Below, piece after piece: positions 53,649-56,516 of a stretch of 56,516 nucleotides of DNA (its first letter is position 1; the number at the start of each line of letters is the position of its first letter). A program made the translations under genes and the position numbers. Below the pieces are notes generated by a model. It was not told the origin of the DNA. It made no database searches and saw nothing but the letters and a program-made list of their open reading frames with translations. Origin of the DNA: Chara braunii (Eukaryota > Plantae > Charophyceae); contig BFEA01000020.1 of NCBI GenBank assembly GCA_003427395.1, positions 2,767,552 to 2,824,067 on the forward strand, given 5' to 3'.

Positions 53649-55823
53649 TTAACCAAATTTTGCAGAAGTAGAAGCTATTAAAAATGCAGCGTAAGTAAAT
53701 ATATAACCTACAGAGAAATGAGATAAACCAACTAATCTTTGCTTGAACAATTGAAAGAGCTACAGGTTTGTCTTTCCAACGAATTAAGGAGTACGTTCAT
53801 GTGCCCAAGCTAGCGTTTCGATCAATTTTTGCCAATGACCACGCCATGAAATAAGGAACATAAAACCTGTTGCCCATATAAGATGGCCAAATAAGAACAT
53901 CCAAACCCATACAAATAAACTATTCATTCCAAGTGGATTATAGCCATTAATAAGCTGAGACGAGTTTAACCATAAATAATCTCTTAACCATCCCATTAAA
54001 TAAGTAGATGACTCCTTAGATTGAGATACATTTCCCTGCCAAAGAGTAATATGTTTCCAATGCCAATAGAATGTTACCCATCCTATCGTATTAAGCATCC
54101 AAAATACAGCTAGATAAAAAGCATCCCAAGCTGAAATATCACAAGTAACACCTCTTCCCGGTCCATCACATGGAAAACTATAACCGAATTCTTTTTTATC
54201 TGGCATGAGTTTTGATCCACGAGCATCTAAAGCACCTTTTACTAAAATTAAAGTGGTAGCATGTAAGCCTAAAGCTATTGCATGGTGGACTAAGAAATCA
54301 CCAGGTCCAATTGTTAAAAATAATGAGTTATTACCATTATTAATAGCATCTAACCATCCAGGCAACCAAAGATTTGCACCTGCATTTAAAGCAAGGCTTT
54401 GATTAGAGGAAAGTAAAACATCAAATCCATAAAAGTGTTTTTCCATGTGTAGCCTGTATACATTGTGCAAAGACAGTTTCAATCAAAATTTGTTTTTCTG
54501 GAGTACCAAAAGCTTGCATTACATCATTATGGACATATAATCCTAAACTGTCAAATCCTAAGAATAAACTAGCCCACTAGCCCTAATTGAGATATAATAG
54601 CTTCTTTATGTTCAAGCATTACAGCAAAAAGTTATTTTCTTCTGGATTATAATCGCCTATAAAGAAAATAGCTCCATGAGCAAAAGCACCTTCCATTATA
54701 AAACTAGCAATATAGTAATATACTGATGATGAGTATACAAAGCAGCTTGAGTAGTAAAATCTTGTGCAATAAAAGCATACGATGGTAATGCATACATATG
54801 TTGACCTACCAAGGACATGATCACTCCTAAAGAAGCTAATGCAAGTCCTAATTGAAAATGAAGAGAATTCTTTAGGGTGTCATATAAGCCATTCTGACCA
54901 CATCCAAGTCTTCCTCCAGGAGGTGTACGAGCTTCTAATATTCCATTTATACTATGGCCAATCCCAAAGTTTGTACGGTACATATGACCTGCAACAATAA
55001 ATAAAATAGCAATAGCAAGATGGTGATGAGCTATGTTTGTAAGCCACAAACTTTGAGTTTGTGGATGAAAGTCACCAAGGTAAGTAAAGCAGTGCCTGCA
55101 CCTTCAGAAGTCCCAAATAAATGGTTCATTGAATCTAGTTCTTGTGCATAGATACTCCAATTTCCCGTAAAAAAATGTTGTAATCCTTGAGGATGCAGAA
55201 TAGAAGTTCAAAAATTGCCCCATCTTAAATGTTGTGCTCTAGCTTCTGGAATAGCTACATGAACCAAATGTCTAGACCAAGCCAATGAACCAACTCCAAA
55301 AAGACTAGATAAATGATGGTTAAGACGAGATTCTGCATTTTTNAACCAAGAAACACTAGGCTTCCATTTCAGTTGTAGATGTAACCAACCTGCTAAAAGA
55401 GCTGAAGTAGATAAGAATAACCAGAAGAGAGCTCCCCTATATAAATCCAAATTTGTATGCATACCTATAGTGAACCACCATTGACTTACTCCAGAGTATG
55501 CAATATTGATTGGACCTGACACTCCTCCCCTAGTGAAAGCCTCTACAGCTGGTTGCCCAAAATCAGGATCCCAGATTGCATGAGCAATTGGACGTACATG
55601 TAAAGGGTCTTGTACCCATTGTTCAAAATTGCCTTGCCAAGCTACGTGAAAAAGGTTACCATATGTCCATTAAAAAATAACAGCTAACTCAGCAAAATGA
55701 GAGGCAAATGATTTTTTATATATGGCTCTCAAAATCATGCGCGGTGGCAATGCCATACCAAATTCGACAAGTGGTCGGATCTTTGGATAGGCCCTGGCTA
55801 AATTTGGGAAATCTCGTTGCCAT
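53649..55823 (-). pseudogene. psaB: Photosystem I P700 apoprotein A2 pseudogene (NUPT)
   Basis: Runs from [12 protein letters not shown]... through [19 protein letters not shown] to [13 protein letters not shown]. Multiple frameshifts, stops and small deletions. Confidence 0.97.
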
Positions 55824-55853
55824 ATTAGTTTTCAACGCCTCCTAGCCATTAAT

Positions 55854-55887
55854 TTACGCTACTGAAATAGTTCTTGCTAGGAAGAAT
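55854..55887 (-). pseudogene. psaA: psaA C-terminal tail, cut by an LTR
   Basis: FFLARTISVA* followed by a short spacer with Shine-Dalgarno AGGAGG before the psaB ATG, as in plastid psaA-psaB operons. Confidence 0.85.
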
Positions 55888-56516
55888 TGTGAGGATTGAG
55901 CCCTCAAGTAGGGGCCTTGCCATGATGTACATGTTCTGGGCTAAGGCCCCAGCAAGCCTAGTGCCCGCCCTAAGTGAAGGCGGGCCAGCAAATCAACAAG
56001 AGCCCTCTGTGCCAACATTTCACGAAGTGGGGTCTATACAGTTGCAGCACGCCAGTTGGTTGGAGTGCACCGAGTCTCGGATTTCAGCAAATGTTGAAAT
56101 GCCCAGGGCCTCGTTAGTTAGGCCCTGGGCACTCGAATGTGAGGCCAACAATGCATGCTGGGTAGAGAGGCCGAAAATGCCAAAGGGAAATCGGCCCACT
56201 GTCTGAATCTGGCCGCAGGCCTTGATGAAGGAGGCGCAACTGCATTTGCCCCGGGGCCCAACTGTATCGAGTTGGCTTCAGCCTCTGGGCCCCGGTCACA
56301 GGCTGAAGGGAGGCTGCCCACACGCTGCACTGGTATATAGGCAAGCAGGGCGAGGCAGCGGGGATCTTGGCCAATGCTGGCATATGCGGGCACGCTGCGC
56401 AGATGCAAGTGTGCAGCGCTATGCAGGGCACTGGCGGCCATAGCCGGGCCGCATGAGGGTGCAGGGGAGGTGAGGGCGAAGGTGGTACTTCGGAGGTGAA
56501 GGGCGCTGTGTGGGTA
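55888..56516 (+). mobile_element. LTR running off the window end
   Basis: TGTGAGGATTGAGCCC start and GCCCGCCCTAAGTGAAGGCGGGCC motif shared with the 37367 LTR. Confidence 0.85.

Noticed and set aside
53784-55522. Functional psaB or organellar contig
   Set aside because: Frameshifts, stops and nuclear LTR insertions with TSD indicate a decayed nuclear copy.

Overview
Repeat-rich eukaryotic nuclear DNA with N gaps, most consistent with a charophyte alga such as Chara. This is an inference from a plastid-type chlI fragment, a streptophyte-type psaB and Gypsy motifs I recall from Chara. The whole window appears to lie inside one minus-strand gene encoding a divergent Furry/MOR2-PAG1(Tao3)-like protein. 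Six phase-compatible exons are visible (51654-51229, 49845-49597, 49128-49006, 48684-48588, 7063-6930, 4547-~3858), and two of them are separated by a ~41.5 kb intron. The introns contain three decayed Ty3/Gypsy elements or fragments, four related LTRs, a near full-length L1/Tx1-type LINE preceded by a copy of its own 3' end, hAT-like MITEs with 8-bp TSDs, a tRNA-derived SINE, microsatellites, and a nuclear plastid insertion (chlI fragment, psaB pseudogene, psaA tail). The most unusual element is a retroposed head-to-tail array of ~270-bp units (40226-40979, 14-bp TSD). Each unit has a tRNA-like cassette, and both unit junctions fold into a minimal HDV-ribozyme-like pseudoknot, so it is a candidate retrozyme-type element. 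All protein and RNA family assignments were made by eye, without database searches.
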